A stretch of DNA of 64,000 nt. Origin: Acidimicrobiia bacterium. GTDB taxonomy: Bacteria; Actinomycetota; Acidimicrobiia; Spongiisociales; ZC4RG35. How positions within the stretch are numbered: position 1 is the stretch's first letter; each line of letters starts with the position of its first letter. The position numbers and the translations under genes were made by a program. The notes under the pieces are model-generated. The model saw only the letters and a program-made list of their open reading frames with translations, searched no databases and was not told the DNA's origin. Positions 40,951 through 49,151 of the stretch are shown here, piece by piece. Where the stretch lies: positions 4,513 through 68,512 of the forward strand of contig JBBDHT010000066.1 in NCBI GenBank assembly GCA_040880765.1, given 5' to 3'.

Positions 40951-41667
40951 GTGACAATCACGCTCGCTGCATTTGTCGGGGCAGTAATCGGCCTCGTCGC
41001 TCATGACCTTGCCGCCCAGGCGCTGAAAGACCAACCGCTGCGACCCCTGGTCGGTACATGTCCTGGCTGTGGCCACCGTCGGGGATGGTTTCGATTCGGG
41101 TGCCCCCAATGCGGGCGGAGACTGCTTCGCGAAGCCGTAGTGGTTGTAGCGACTGCCGTAGTCGCCGTTGGGTTTGTCAATGCCGTTGGCACCGGATGGG
41201 CGCTGTTCCCCTATGCCGGGTTCCTCCTGTTGACCGCGGCTCTGATGCTCACCGACATCGACGATATGCGAATCGTCGACAGGCTCAATATCCGTGGTTC
41301 CGTTCTTCTGGTTGCAGGTTTGGGGGTGGTTGCCCTGTCAACAGGCGAATCGGCAGCGTTCTGGCGTAGCGTGGGGGGAGGGGCAGCGTATCTCGGCGGC
41401 GCCTTCGTTCTCTTTGTGGTGGCCCGCGGTAACGGTTTTGGCGCCGGAGATGTGAAACTCGCCCCGCTTCTCGGCGTATTCACCACGTTCCTGGCATGGA
41501 TCATCCTGGGTCGATCGGTGGTCGCCACCGCCTTCATCGGGGGGATACTCGCCGTGATTGTGCTGGTCTTCTCGGAAGCCAAACGAGACACCGAACTGCC
41601 GTACGGGCCGGCGATGATCCTGGGGGCATGGCTTTCGATCATCTCACACGGGATTAGCACGTTCTGA
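40951..41667 (+). CDS. A24-family prepilin (type IV leader) peptidase
   Basis: CPGCGHRRGWFRFGCPQCGRRL (CxxC..CxxC), first Asp region LTDIDDMRI, second Asp motif GAGDVKLAPLLG, and multiple TM segments. GTG start. Confidence 0.85.
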   Translation: MTITLAAFVGAVIGLVAHDLAAQALKDQPLRPLVGTCPGCGHRRGWFRFGCPQCGRRLLREAVVVVATAVVAVGFVNAVGTGWALFPYAGFLLLTAALMLTDIDDMRIVDRLNIRGSVLLVAGLGVVALSTGESAAFWRSVGGGAAYLGGAFVLFVVARGNGFGAGDVKLAPLLGVFTTFLAWIILGRSVVATAFIGGILAVIVLVFSEAKRDTELPYGPAMILGAWLSIISHGISTF

Positions 41668-41689
41668 ATTACGTCGTAGCATTCCGACC

Positions 41690-42850
41690 ATGCTCCGATT
41701 CTTAACTGCAGGCGAATCACACGGCCCCGGCCTGGTGACGATTGTCGAAGGTCTGCCCAAGGGCCTCGATTTCGCTGTCGAAGGTCTCGACCGGGAGCTC
41801 GAACGCCGACGTCTCGGCCACGGTCGCGGCGGCCGCATGAAGGTCGAAACAGACGCGGTCGAGATCATCGGGGGTATCAGGCACGGCAGGACTCTTGGAT
41901 CTCCCGTGGCTGTGGTGGTACGCAACTCGGAAGCCGAAAAGTGGTCACGACAGATGGCGGTGACACCGATAGATGAGCCCGTTGGACGCGTTACCAGGCC
42001 CCGACCCGGCCACGCCGATCTCGCCGGGATGGTCAAATACGACACCGAAGATGCCCGCGACGTGTTGGAGAGGGCATCAGCCCGGGAGACGGCTGCCCGG
42101 ACGGTGGCCGGCTATCTGGCCAAATCACTCCTGAGCAGGGTTCAGATCGAGATAAGAAGCCATGTCGTGTCGATTGGTGAAGTCGCGGGGCACCCGCCCA
42201 ATTACGAGTTGCCCGATTTCGATGGCGTCGATTCGGATCCGGTCCGCTGCCTCGACCCGGATGCTTCGTCGAAGATGGTCGAGCTGATCGACCGCGCCAC
42301 GGAAGACAAGGACACTCTTGGAGGCATCTTCGAAGTAGTCGGTTTCGGGCTCCCCATCGGACTCGGGTCCTACGTCCACTACGACCGGCGGATCGACGCC
42401 GCCCTTGCAGGTGCGATGATGTCGATTCCGGCGGTGAAAGGCGTAGAGATCGGGGATGGCTATCAGTCGGCCACAAGCAAGGGGTCCTCGGCCCACGATG
42501 AGATCGTGCGATCGGACGGCAACATCGGGCGTAGCACCAACCGTGCCGGCGGGGTGGAGGGTGGAGTCAGCAACGGCGAGGTTCTCCGCGTCCGCGCCGC
42601 GATGAAGCCCATCTCGACCCTGATGCGGCCGCTACAGACAGTGGACATGGATACCGGCGAAGATGCGGTGGCGGTCCGGGAGAGATCGGACGTGTGTGCA
42701 GTGCCTGCCGCCGCAGTGGTCGGCGAGCAGATGGTCGCCTGGGTCGTCGCCTGTGAGGTGATGCGGAAGTTCGGCGGTGACACCGTCGCTGACTTGGTTG
42801 CCTCAGCCGGTGAGTACAGATCCCGGGTCGACCGTCGCCTCAAACGATGA
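41690..42850 (+). CDS. aroC: chorismate synthase
   Basis: MLRFLTAGESHGPGL.., GRGGRMKVE and RSDVCAVPAA. Confidence 0.95.
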   Translation: MLRFLTAGESHGPGLVTIVEGLPKGLDFAVEGLDRELERRRLGHGRGGRMKVETDAVEIIGGIRHGRTLGSPVAVVVRNSEAEKWSRQMAVTPIDEPVGRVTRPRPGHADLAGMVKYDTEDARDVLERASARETAARTVAGYLAKSLLSRVQIEIRSHVVSIGEVAGHPPNYELPDFDGVDSDPVRCLDPDASSKMVELIDRATEDKDTLGGIFEVVGFGLPIGLGSYVHYDRRIDAALAGAMMSIPAVKGVEIGDGYQSATSKGSSAHDEIVRSDGNIGRSTNRAGGVEGGVSNGEVLRVRAAMKPISTLMRPLQTVDMDTGEDAVAVRERSDVCAVPAAAVVGEQMVAWVVACEVMRKFGGDTVADLVASAGEYRSRVDRRLKR

Positions 42851-43353
42851 TTCTCTGGCTGGTCGGAATGATGGGAAGCGGCAAGACGACGGTCGGGCGG
42901 CTGGTGGCCGACGCCACAGGCACCGAGTTTCGCGACACCGACGCCGAGGTGGAGACACGTGCCGGCATGACCATTGCCGACCTCTGGGCAGAAGGTGGTG
43001 AGGAATTGTTCCGGTCTATCGAAGCTGATGTGATCGTGGAAGCAGCGCGTCGCGACTCTGGCGTGGTCGCCACCGGCGGTGGAGCTGTGACCAACCCTGC
43101 CACCAGAGCCCTCATCTCATCGTCGGGCATGGTGATCTGGCTCAGAGCCCAGCCTGGCGAGCTCGTCGACAGATTGACCGGGCTGGAGGGCCGACCGCTG
43201 CTCGATGCCTCCGACGATCTCGAGGCCACACTGCGCGACCTTGCGATTCGGAGAAGCGGCAGCTACAGATCTCTTGCCGATCACACTCTCGACGTCGACG
43301 GCCGCACTCCGGAAGGCATCGCAGCTGAGATCGAGGGCCTGTGGAAGAGCTGA
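42847..43353 (+). CDS. aroK: shikimate kinase
   Basis: LVGMMGSGKTTVGR (Walker A) and ..ATGGGAV... Confidence 0.93.
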   Translation: MILWLVGMMGSGKTTVGRLVADATGTEFRDTDAEVETRAGMTIADLWAEGGEELFRSIEADVIVEAARRDSGVVATGGGAVTNPATRALISSSGMVIWLRAQPGELVDRLTGLEGRPLLDASDDLEATLRDLAIRRSGSYRSLADHTLDVDGRTPEGIAAEIEGLWKS

Positions 43354-44363
43354 GAGTCGGAACCTCGCGGGTCCGCATCGTTTCGGGGATCAGGGGCTCG
43401 GTCCTCCCCGAGCGAGAAGGTCGGCGACGGGTGGCCATCATCACCCAGCCCGGAGCAAGCCAGCATGCCGTGCGCATCTCAAAGCACCTCAAGGAGAGCG
43501 GGCTCGATGTCGACGTGCTTGGAGTCCCAGACCGGGACGAGGCCAAGACCCTCGTCGTTGCCGCCACCTTGTACGAGAGATTCTCCAATATCGGGCTCGG
43601 CAGGGAAGACACGGTTGTGGGTGTGGGGGGTGGCGCAGTCACCGACCTCGCGGGTTTCGTGGCGGGGACCTGGATGAGGGGGGTGGAGGTGGTTCATTTC
43701 CCTACCACACTCCTTGCCGCCGTCGACGCATCGATCGGGGGAAAGACCGGGGTCAATCACACCGGCAAGAACCTGGTGGGCGTTTTTTGGGATCCATCCC
43801 TCGTGGTCATCGATATCGACATCCTGGAAAGGCTTCCCACAGCACTGGTCCGGGAGGGGATGGCAGAAGCTCTCAAGGCGGGCCTGATTGGTGATGCGTC
43901 ACTCGTCGAGCTGATCGAAAGCGACGGCATCGACGCACCCCTGGAGAAGGTCGTCCCGGCGGCAATACAGGTAAAGGCGCATTATGTGGGAGAGGATCCC
44001 CGGGAGGCCGCAGGGCGGGCGATGCTCAATTTCGGGCACACTGTCGGTCATGCAATCGAGTTCGCCTCGTCGCTGAGCCACGGGTCAGCTGTCGGAGTGG
44101 GGATGGTCGCGGCGGCGGCGGTCTCGGAGGTGGATGTTGGGTTCAGCGAAAGGGAGAGAGTTGTAGATGCAATCGCCGGGACCGGCCTGGAGACCTCGGT
44201 GGCGGGGCTCGATCGGGTCCGGGTCCGTGACCTGATCGGAGTGGACAAGAAGCGAGATGGCACCGGCGTGCGCATGGTTCTTCTCGAAGCAGTGGGTGAG
44301 CCAACTCTTCGTCATACGGGTGAAGACTCCATTGCCCTCGCGTTGGAGGCGATAGGCCTTTGA
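43341..44363 (+). CDS. aroB: 3-dehydroquinate synthase
   Basis: VGVGGGAVTDLAGF, DASIGGKTGVN and LNFGHTVGHAIE. The exact start is uncertain. Confidence 0.92.
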   Translation: MEELRVGTSRVRIVSGIRGSVLPEREGRRRVAIITQPGASQHAVRISKHLKESGLDVDVLGVPDRDEAKTLVVAATLYERFSNIGLGREDTVVGVGGGAVTDLAGFVAGTWMRGVEVVHFPTTLLAAVDASIGGKTGVNHTGKNLVGVFWDPSLVVIDIDILERLPTALVREGMAEALKAGLIGDASLVELIESDGIDAPLEKVVPAAIQVKAHYVGEDPREAAGRAMLNFGHTVGHAIEFASSLSHGSAVGVGMVAAAAVSEVDVGFSERERVVDAIAGTGLETSVAGLDRVRVRDLIGVDKKRDGTGVRMVLLEAVGEPTLRHTGEDSIALALEAIGL

Positions 44364-44404
44364 CGCAGGTACCGTCAGCGCCCTGAACTTATGAGGATTT
44401 ACCG

Positions 44405-44962
44405 ATGATCAGCACAAATGACGTAAGGCCGGGCATGGCGCTGCAACTCGATGATGGGCTCTTCACCATCATCGAGTACCAGCACGTCAAACCGGGCAAA
44501 GGCAAGGCATTCGTCAGGATGAAACTCAAGAAGGTCGAGACCGGCCAGGTCATGGATCGGACTTTCCGCGCCGACGAGAACGTCGACCAGGCAATCATCG
44601 ACAGGAGCGAATACCAGTATCTCTACCGCGACGATGTCGGATTCCACTTCATGAACCTCCAGGACTACGGACAGATCGCGGTAGGGCCGGATGAGGTGGG
44701 TAACGCCGACAAGTTCATGGTGGAAGGAGCTGTTGTGAGCCTTGCGATTCACAATGGCACCCCCATAGGCGTTGAACTACGGCCGTCGGTCGAGCTCGAA
44801 GTGACCTATGCCGAGCCGGCAGTCAAAGGCGACACCAGGACCGGCGCCTCCAAGCTGGTCACAACCGAGTCGGGACACGAAGTCCAGGTACCCCTGTTCA
44901 TCGAGCAGGGCGATCGGATAAGGGTCGATACCCGCACTGGTGACTACCAGACCCGGGTATGA
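44405..44962 (+). CDS. efp: elongation factor P
   Basis: MISTNDVRPGMAL...HVKPGKGKAFVRMKLK. Confidence 0.96.
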   Translation: MISTNDVRPGMALQLDDGLFTIIEYQHVKPGKGKAFVRMKLKKVETGQVMDRTFRADENVDQAIIDRSEYQYLYRDDVGFHFMNLQDYGQIAVGPDEVGNADKFMVEGAVVSLAIHNGTPIGVELRPSVELEVTYAEPAVKGDTRTGASKLVTTESGHEVQVPLFIEQGDRIRVDTRTGDYQTRV

Positions 44963-45513
44963 GCGACGCCGCGGCTCACCCGACCATCCCGGCGCGGGTG
45001 ACGGCGTCAGAGCTTGCGAAAGCCATAGGAGTTGACGTTTCGGCAGTCCAGGTAGTGCTCGCTTCCCGGGAGGAGCCGGACAGCCCGGATGATGTCCTGG
45101 ACGCCAGGCTCGCCACAGAGGTGGCCAGCACTCTCGGACATGAGATAGAAGTCGAGCCCCGTGATCTGGCTCTGGAGTGCCTCTACGAGATCGACAGCCG
45201 CTCGCCCGAAGAGATGCGGGCGGGCCTTCCCCCACGTGTGCAGAGGATGGTGAGCGGTGTCGTCACAGGTGCGGAGTCACTGGACGCTGACATCGAAGGT
45301 GCATCGGAACACTGGTCGGTGGCGCGGATGCCTCTGATCGACCGGGCGATCCTCCGTCTCGGTTTGTGGGAACTGCGCAACGACCCCGACACTCCGACAG
45401 CTGTTGTCGTTTCCGAGGCCGTCCGCCTCGCCAACGTCTACTCCACCGGGCGCAGCGGTGCGTTCGTGAACGGTGTCCTCGCCACTCTCGCCAAATCGGC
45501 GCGACCCCGGTGA
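44959..45513 (+). CDS. nusB: transcription antitermination factor NusB with ~65-aa N-terminal extension
   Basis: The C-terminal 120 aa are NusB-like (..ALECLYEID.., WSVARMPLIDRAILRLGLWEL, VVVSEAVRLANVYSTGRSGAFVNGVL). The N-terminal RVTASELAKAIGVDVSAVQVVL.. is extra. Confidence 0.9.
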   Translation: MSDAAAHPTIPARVTASELAKAIGVDVSAVQVVLASREEPDSPDDVLDARLATEVASTLGHEIEVEPRDLALECLYEIDSRSPEEMRAGLPPRVQRMVSGVVTGAESLDADIEGASEHWSVARMPLIDRAILRLGLWELRNDPDTPTAVVVSEAVRLANVYSTGRSGAFVNGVLATLAKSARPR

Positions 45514-45523
45514 TCTGATCGCA
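45446..45523 (+). repeat. direct repeat copy A (functional nusB 3' end: last 68 nt including stop, plus 10 nt)
   Basis: By hand alignment, 72 of 78 positions match 47557-47633, including the TGA and the following TCTGATCGCA. Confidence 0.85.
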
Positions 45524-45553
45524 GCGCTGGTCGGGGCACTAGCCTCACCGTCG

Positions 45554-46357
45554 ATGCCGAACGGTTTTGCCCAGTCCGACGGAGAGCAGATCTATTTCGA
45601 ACTCTGGGGAACCACGGGTGACGTATTGGTCCTCGGTCATGGCATGGGGGGAAGTCACGCCGTCTGGTTTCAGCAAGTTGCACATTTCGCCACCGACTAC
45701 AGGGTGATCACCTGGGATCAGAGAGGTTTTGGCAGGTCGACCCGATCAACCGGGGACATCGGACCGGGCCCCTCGGTTGGAGACCTTCTCCACCTTTTGG
45801 ACCGTCTCGACATCGACAGGGCCCACATCGTTGGCCAGTCGATGGGAGGATGGTCGGCGCTCGGCTTTGCCATCGATCACCCCGACCGCACCCTGTCGTT
45901 GACGCTGGCGGACACTACCGCGGGTCTTTTCACGCCGGAGATCCGTGCCGTGTTGGAGACTATTGGGAGGGACATCGCCGATGGACCTACGCCCGGCCAG
46001 CTACCCCTTGGGCGGCATCCAGCGATCGGGGACCAATTGACGGAAGAGGACCTGGCCAAATCGTTTCTCTACTCCCAGATGGGAAGTCTCACCGACCCTC
46101 CATCACCGATGGAGATCGTTCCCCTCCTCCTCGCCACGGACCACACCGACCGCGCCGCGGACCTCACCGCACCGACATTGTTCCTCGTCGGTGAGAACGA
46201 CCCGCTCTTCCCGCCTCCCCTCATCGAGAGAGCAGCCGAGCTGGTCCCCGACAGTCGCCGGATCGTGGTCCCCGACACCGGCCACTCTCCATACTTCGAG
46301 AGACCAGAGCTTTGGAACGACCTGGTCGCCAGGTTCTTGGTACGATCCCAACACTGA
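45554..46357 (+). CDS. alpha/beta-fold hydrolase
   Basis: VLVLGHGMGGSH (oxyanion HG), nucleophile elbow GQSMGG, and C-terminal ..TGHSPYFERPE. Start trimmed to ATG 45554. Confidence 0.85.
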   Translation: MPNGFAQSDGEQIYFELWGTTGDVLVLGHGMGGSHAVWFQQVAHFATDYRVITWDQRGFGRSTRSTGDIGPGPSVGDLLHLLDRLDIDRAHIVGQSMGGWSALGFAIDHPDRTLSLTLADTTAGLFTPEIRAVLETIGRDIADGPTPGQLPLGRHPAIGDQLTEEDLAKSFLYSQMGSLTDPPSPMEIVPLLLATDHTDRAADLTAPTLFLVGENDPLFPPPLIERAAELVPDSRRIVVPDTGHSPYFERPELWNDLVARFLVRSQH

Positions 46358-46368
46358 CCGGGAGGCCC

Positions 46369-47061
46369 ATGTCCGTCAAAGAAGTCGTGTCTGGTCTCTA
46401 CCAGTTGACCAATAGCGGGATCAACGCCTATCTCATCGACGATGGCGACCTTGGCCTGACTCTCATCGATGCAGGGCTCCCCAAGCATGCAGAGGCGTTG
46501 GAGCAAGACATCAGGACCATCGGCCGTCAGCCTTCCGACCTCTCCCGAATCCTGATCACGCATGCACACCCGGACCATCTCGGGTCTGCGAAGCACCTGG
46601 CCGCGAATGGTGCGCTGATAGGTATCCATCCTGACGACGCCGAGGTTGCGCGGAGCGGCGAGATCGGGCGGACGATGCAGCCAGGACCCGGGTTACTCAA
46701 CGGAATCCTGTTCAGGCTGGTCATCCGGAAGCGAGCAGAGTGGCCGGCCTTCGAGCCGGATGACGCCCTTACGGACGGCCAGGTGCTCGACATCGCCGGA
46801 GGCATCCAGGTACTGCACACGCCCGGCCACACCGCAGGGCACGTGTCACTTCTGTGGAGGAAGGATCGGGGTTTGCTCATCACCGGTGATGCCGCTGCCA
46901 ACGTGGCAGGGCTCAACTACATGATCGGTTACAACGACCTCGACTTGGGCAAGGCCAGCCTGGCCAGTCTCGCCACGCTCGAATTCGAGGCAGCGGTGTT
47001 CGGTCATGGCAAACCGATCCTCTCCGGGGCATCCGCCAAATTCGCATCAAGATTCGGATAG
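46369..47061 (+). CDS. MBL-fold metallo-hydrolase
   Basis: ILITHAHPDHLG (HxHxDH), HTPGHTAGH and ITGDAA. ATG 46369 is preceded by GGGAGG. Confidence 0.85.
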   Translation: MSVKEVVSGLYQLTNSGINAYLIDDGDLGLTLIDAGLPKHAEALEQDIRTIGRQPSDLSRILITHAHPDHLGSAKHLAANGALIGIHPDDAEVARSGEIGRTMQPGPGLLNGILFRLVIRKRAEWPAFEPDDALTDGQVLDIAGGIQVLHTPGHTAGHVSLLWRKDRGLLITGDAAANVAGLNYMIGYNDLDLGKASLASLATLEFEAAVFGHGKPILSGASAKFASRFG

Positions 47062-47068
47062 TCCTCTC

Positions 47069-47554
47069 GTGGGTCTCTTCGAAGATCGCCTTTCCGAACT
47101 GGGGCTCGAATTGCCGCCGGAGATCAGTCCACCTCCCGGCGTGGTCCTTCCATTCGCGTTCGTCATGATCCGTGGAAGTCGGGCGTTCGTGTCCGGTCAC
47201 GGTCCTCAAATGCCTGATGGTCGCATTGCGCCGCCGTTCGGTCAGGTAGGAACGGATGTGTCGATCGAGGAGGCCGTGGAAGCGGCACGTCTAACCGGCC
47301 TATCCATGCTCGGTTCACTAAGGCGGTCGCTCGGGAGCCTCGACCGTATTGCCGGCTGGCTGCGGGTCTTCGGCATGGTCAACTCGGCTCCGGGATTCGA
47401 CCGTCAACCGACGGTCATCAACGGTTTCTCCGACCTGATTCTCAACCTCTTCGGGCCCGAGGTGGGACGTCACGCCCGTTCCGCGGTGGGGATGGCTGCC
47501 CTGCCGTTTGGGATCCCCGTCGAGATCGAGGCCGAAGTCGCCATCGAGGTCTGA
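47069..47554 (+). CDS. RidA/YjgF-family protein (longer subgroup)
   Basis: LGLELPP.. N-terminus, ..VSGHGP.. and C-terminal VEIEAEVAIEV. GTG start at 47069. Confidence 0.75.
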   Translation: MGLFEDRLSELGLELPPEISPPPGVVLPFAFVMIRGSRAFVSGHGPQMPDGRIAPPFGQVGTDVSIEEAVEAARLTGLSMLGSLRRSLGSLDRIAGWLRVFGMVNSAPGFDRQPTVINGFSDLILNLFGPEVGRHARSAVGMAALPFGIPVEIEAEVAIEV

Positions 47555-47556
47555 CT

Positions 47557-47633
47557 CCGGGCGCAGCGGTGCCTCCGTGAAGGTGTCCTCGCCACTCTCG
47601 CCAAATCGCCGCGTTCCCGGTGATCTGATCGCA
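47557..47633 (+). repeat. direct repeat copy B (decayed, frameshifted relic of a nusB 3' end)
   Basis: Carries 5 substitutions and one 1-nt deletion relative to copy A. It still reads GRSGASV and GVLATLAKSPRSR-stop in two frames, versus GRSGAFVNGVLATLAKSARPR-stop in nusB. It starts 3 nt after the RidA-like stop. Confidence 0.85.
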
Positions 47634-47659
47634 TCGGGATCGCGCTAGGCTGTTCCCAA

Positions 47660-47691
47660 CCTTTAAGGACGGTCCAGTGAGGCCGGGAAGG
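47660..47691 (+). promoter_or_regulatory. PyrR-binding RNA hairpin in the pyrR leader
   Basis: CCTTTAAGGACGGTCCAGTGAGGCCGGGAAGG resembles the Bacillus binding-loop consensus as I remember it (..UUUAA...GUCCAGAGAGGCU...AAGG). Upper stem CGGUC/GGCCG with loop CAGUGA, lower stem CCUU/AAGG, and a purine-rich internal loop. Confidence 0.7.
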
Positions 47692-47693
47692 AA

Positions 47694-47732
47694 ATGATGC
47701 CCCACAGCGGCACAGAATCGGTGCTGGCCTGA
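47694..47732 (+). other. candidate 12-codon upstream ORF coupled to pyrR
   Basis: ATGATGCCCCACAGCGGCACAGAATCGGTGCTGGCCTGA encodes MMPHSGTESVLA. Its SD (GAAGGA) is the 3' arm of the PyrR hairpin. Its TGA shares the A with the pyrR ATG (TGATG). GATGCCCCA is repeated at both starts. Confidence 0.3.
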
Positions 47733-48262
47733 TGCCCCAGATCATGAGCGACGAGGATGTCGACCGCGCGATTCGGCGTATCGCACACGAGATTATTGAG
47801 CGCCATCGCGGCGTCTCCTCGGTGGCATTGATAGGCATTCGCACCCGGGGAATCGACCTCGCCAATTCTCTGGCTGAAGCGATCGAAGAGTTTGAGGATT
47901 CCGTCGTCCCCATCGGCGAGCTCGACGTCAGGGGTCATCGTGACGACATCGACGGCGACGGCGGGCCCGGCGACGTTGCAACCTCGATTCCATTCGAGAT
48001 CAACGGAATGTCGCTGGTGTTGGTCGACGACGTCCTCTACACCGGAAGGACCGTGCGCGCCGCCCTCGACGCCATCTCCGAGATCGGTAGGGCTGACAAG
48101 ATCGAATTGGCCGTGCTGATCGACCGGGGCCATCGCGAGCTTCCTGTGCGCGCCGACTACGTGGGCAAGAACGTGCCGACCGCTTCACGGGAGCGGATCG
48201 CCGTGCATGTGCCCGAAGTCGATGGTGACGGGGGAGTCTGGATCGAGCGGGGGGACGACTGA
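47732..48262 (+). CDS. pyrR: bifunctional pyrimidine operon regulator / uracil phosphoribosyltransferase PyrR
   Basis: ..VDRAIRRIAHEIIER.., GIRTRG and the PRPP motif LVLVDDVLYTGRTVRAA. Confidence 0.95.
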   Translation: MPQIMSDEDVDRAIRRIAHEIIERHRGVSSVALIGIRTRGIDLANSLAEAIEEFEDSVVPIGELDVRGHRDDIDGDGGPGDVATSIPFEINGMSLVLVDDVLYTGRTVRAALDAISEIGRADKIELAVLIDRGHRELPVRADYVGKNVPTASRERIAVHVPEVDGDGGVWIERGDD

Positions 48263-48263
48263 C

Positions 48264-49151
48264 ATGTCGCTATTCGATATCGCGAGCTTGACTCCTCCCC
48301 GGATCCTGGAGATTCTCGACCGGGCAGAGACCATGGCTGAGGCCTCACCTCAGGGCTTCAACGGCAAGACGATCGTTCCGATGTTCTTCGAGCCGTCCAC
48401 CCGCACCCGGATGTCATTTGATCTTGCTGCCTCCCGACTCGGAGCTGACCTGATCGTCTTCGACCACGAGACCTCATCGGCGACGAAGGGCGAGACACTC
48501 CGGGACACCGCCCGGACCGTCGGGGCGATGGGCCCCGACCTTCTGATCGTTCGCCATGAGAACGCTGGGGCGCCCGAGGCGGTGGCGCGCTGGTCCGGGG
48601 TGCCGGTGGTCAATGCGGGAGACGGACGCCACGCCCACCCCACCCAGACCCTCGCCGACCTGTACACGATACGGCGCCATTTCGGCGGCTTCGATGGCCT
48701 GAAGGTGGGCATGGTAGGCGACATCGTCAACAGCCGGGTTGCCCGCGGCCTCCTCAGCGCGCTCCCTGCGCTCGGCGCCGGCGTCATCGCGGTTGGACCC
48801 GCCACTTTCCTTCCCCGGCACGGTGACTGGGATGTGGACTGCGCCGGTGACCTCGACGCGGTTCTCGGGGAGCTGGACATCGTCTACCTGCTCCGGGTGC
48901 AGAAAGAACGGGGCGGAGGGCTCGGTTTTCCCTCCGACGCCGAATACCACCGGAGGTTCGGCCTCAATGACAACCGGGCTGACATGATGAAGCCGGAGTG
49001 TGTCGTCATGCACCCGGGCCCGATGAACCGCGGGGTAGAGGTTTCCGATTCACTGGCCGACGGTGAAAGGTCGTTGATTCTCCAGCAGGTGTCGGCAGGG
49101 GTTCCGGTGCGCATGTCGGTCATGGCCGGGATTCTCGGGGGCGGGACATGA
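48264..49151 (+). CDS. pyrB: aspartate carbamoyltransferase catalytic subunit
   Basis: FFEPSTRTRMSF, HPTQTLADL and MHPGPMNRGVE. Start trimmed to ATG 48264. Confidence 0.95.
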   Translation: MSLFDIASLTPPRILEILDRAETMAEASPQGFNGKTIVPMFFEPSTRTRMSFDLAASRLGADLIVFDHETSSATKGETLRDTARTVGAMGPDLLIVRHENAGAPEAVARWSGVPVVNAGDGRHAHPTQTLADLYTIRRHFGGFDGLKVGMVGDIVNSRVARGLLSALPALGAGVIAVGPATFLPRHGDWDVDCAGDLDAVLGELDIVYLLRVQKERGGGLGFPSDAEYHRRFGLNDNRADMMKPECVVMHPGPMNRGVEVSDSLADGERSLILQQVSAGVPVRMSVMAGILGGGT

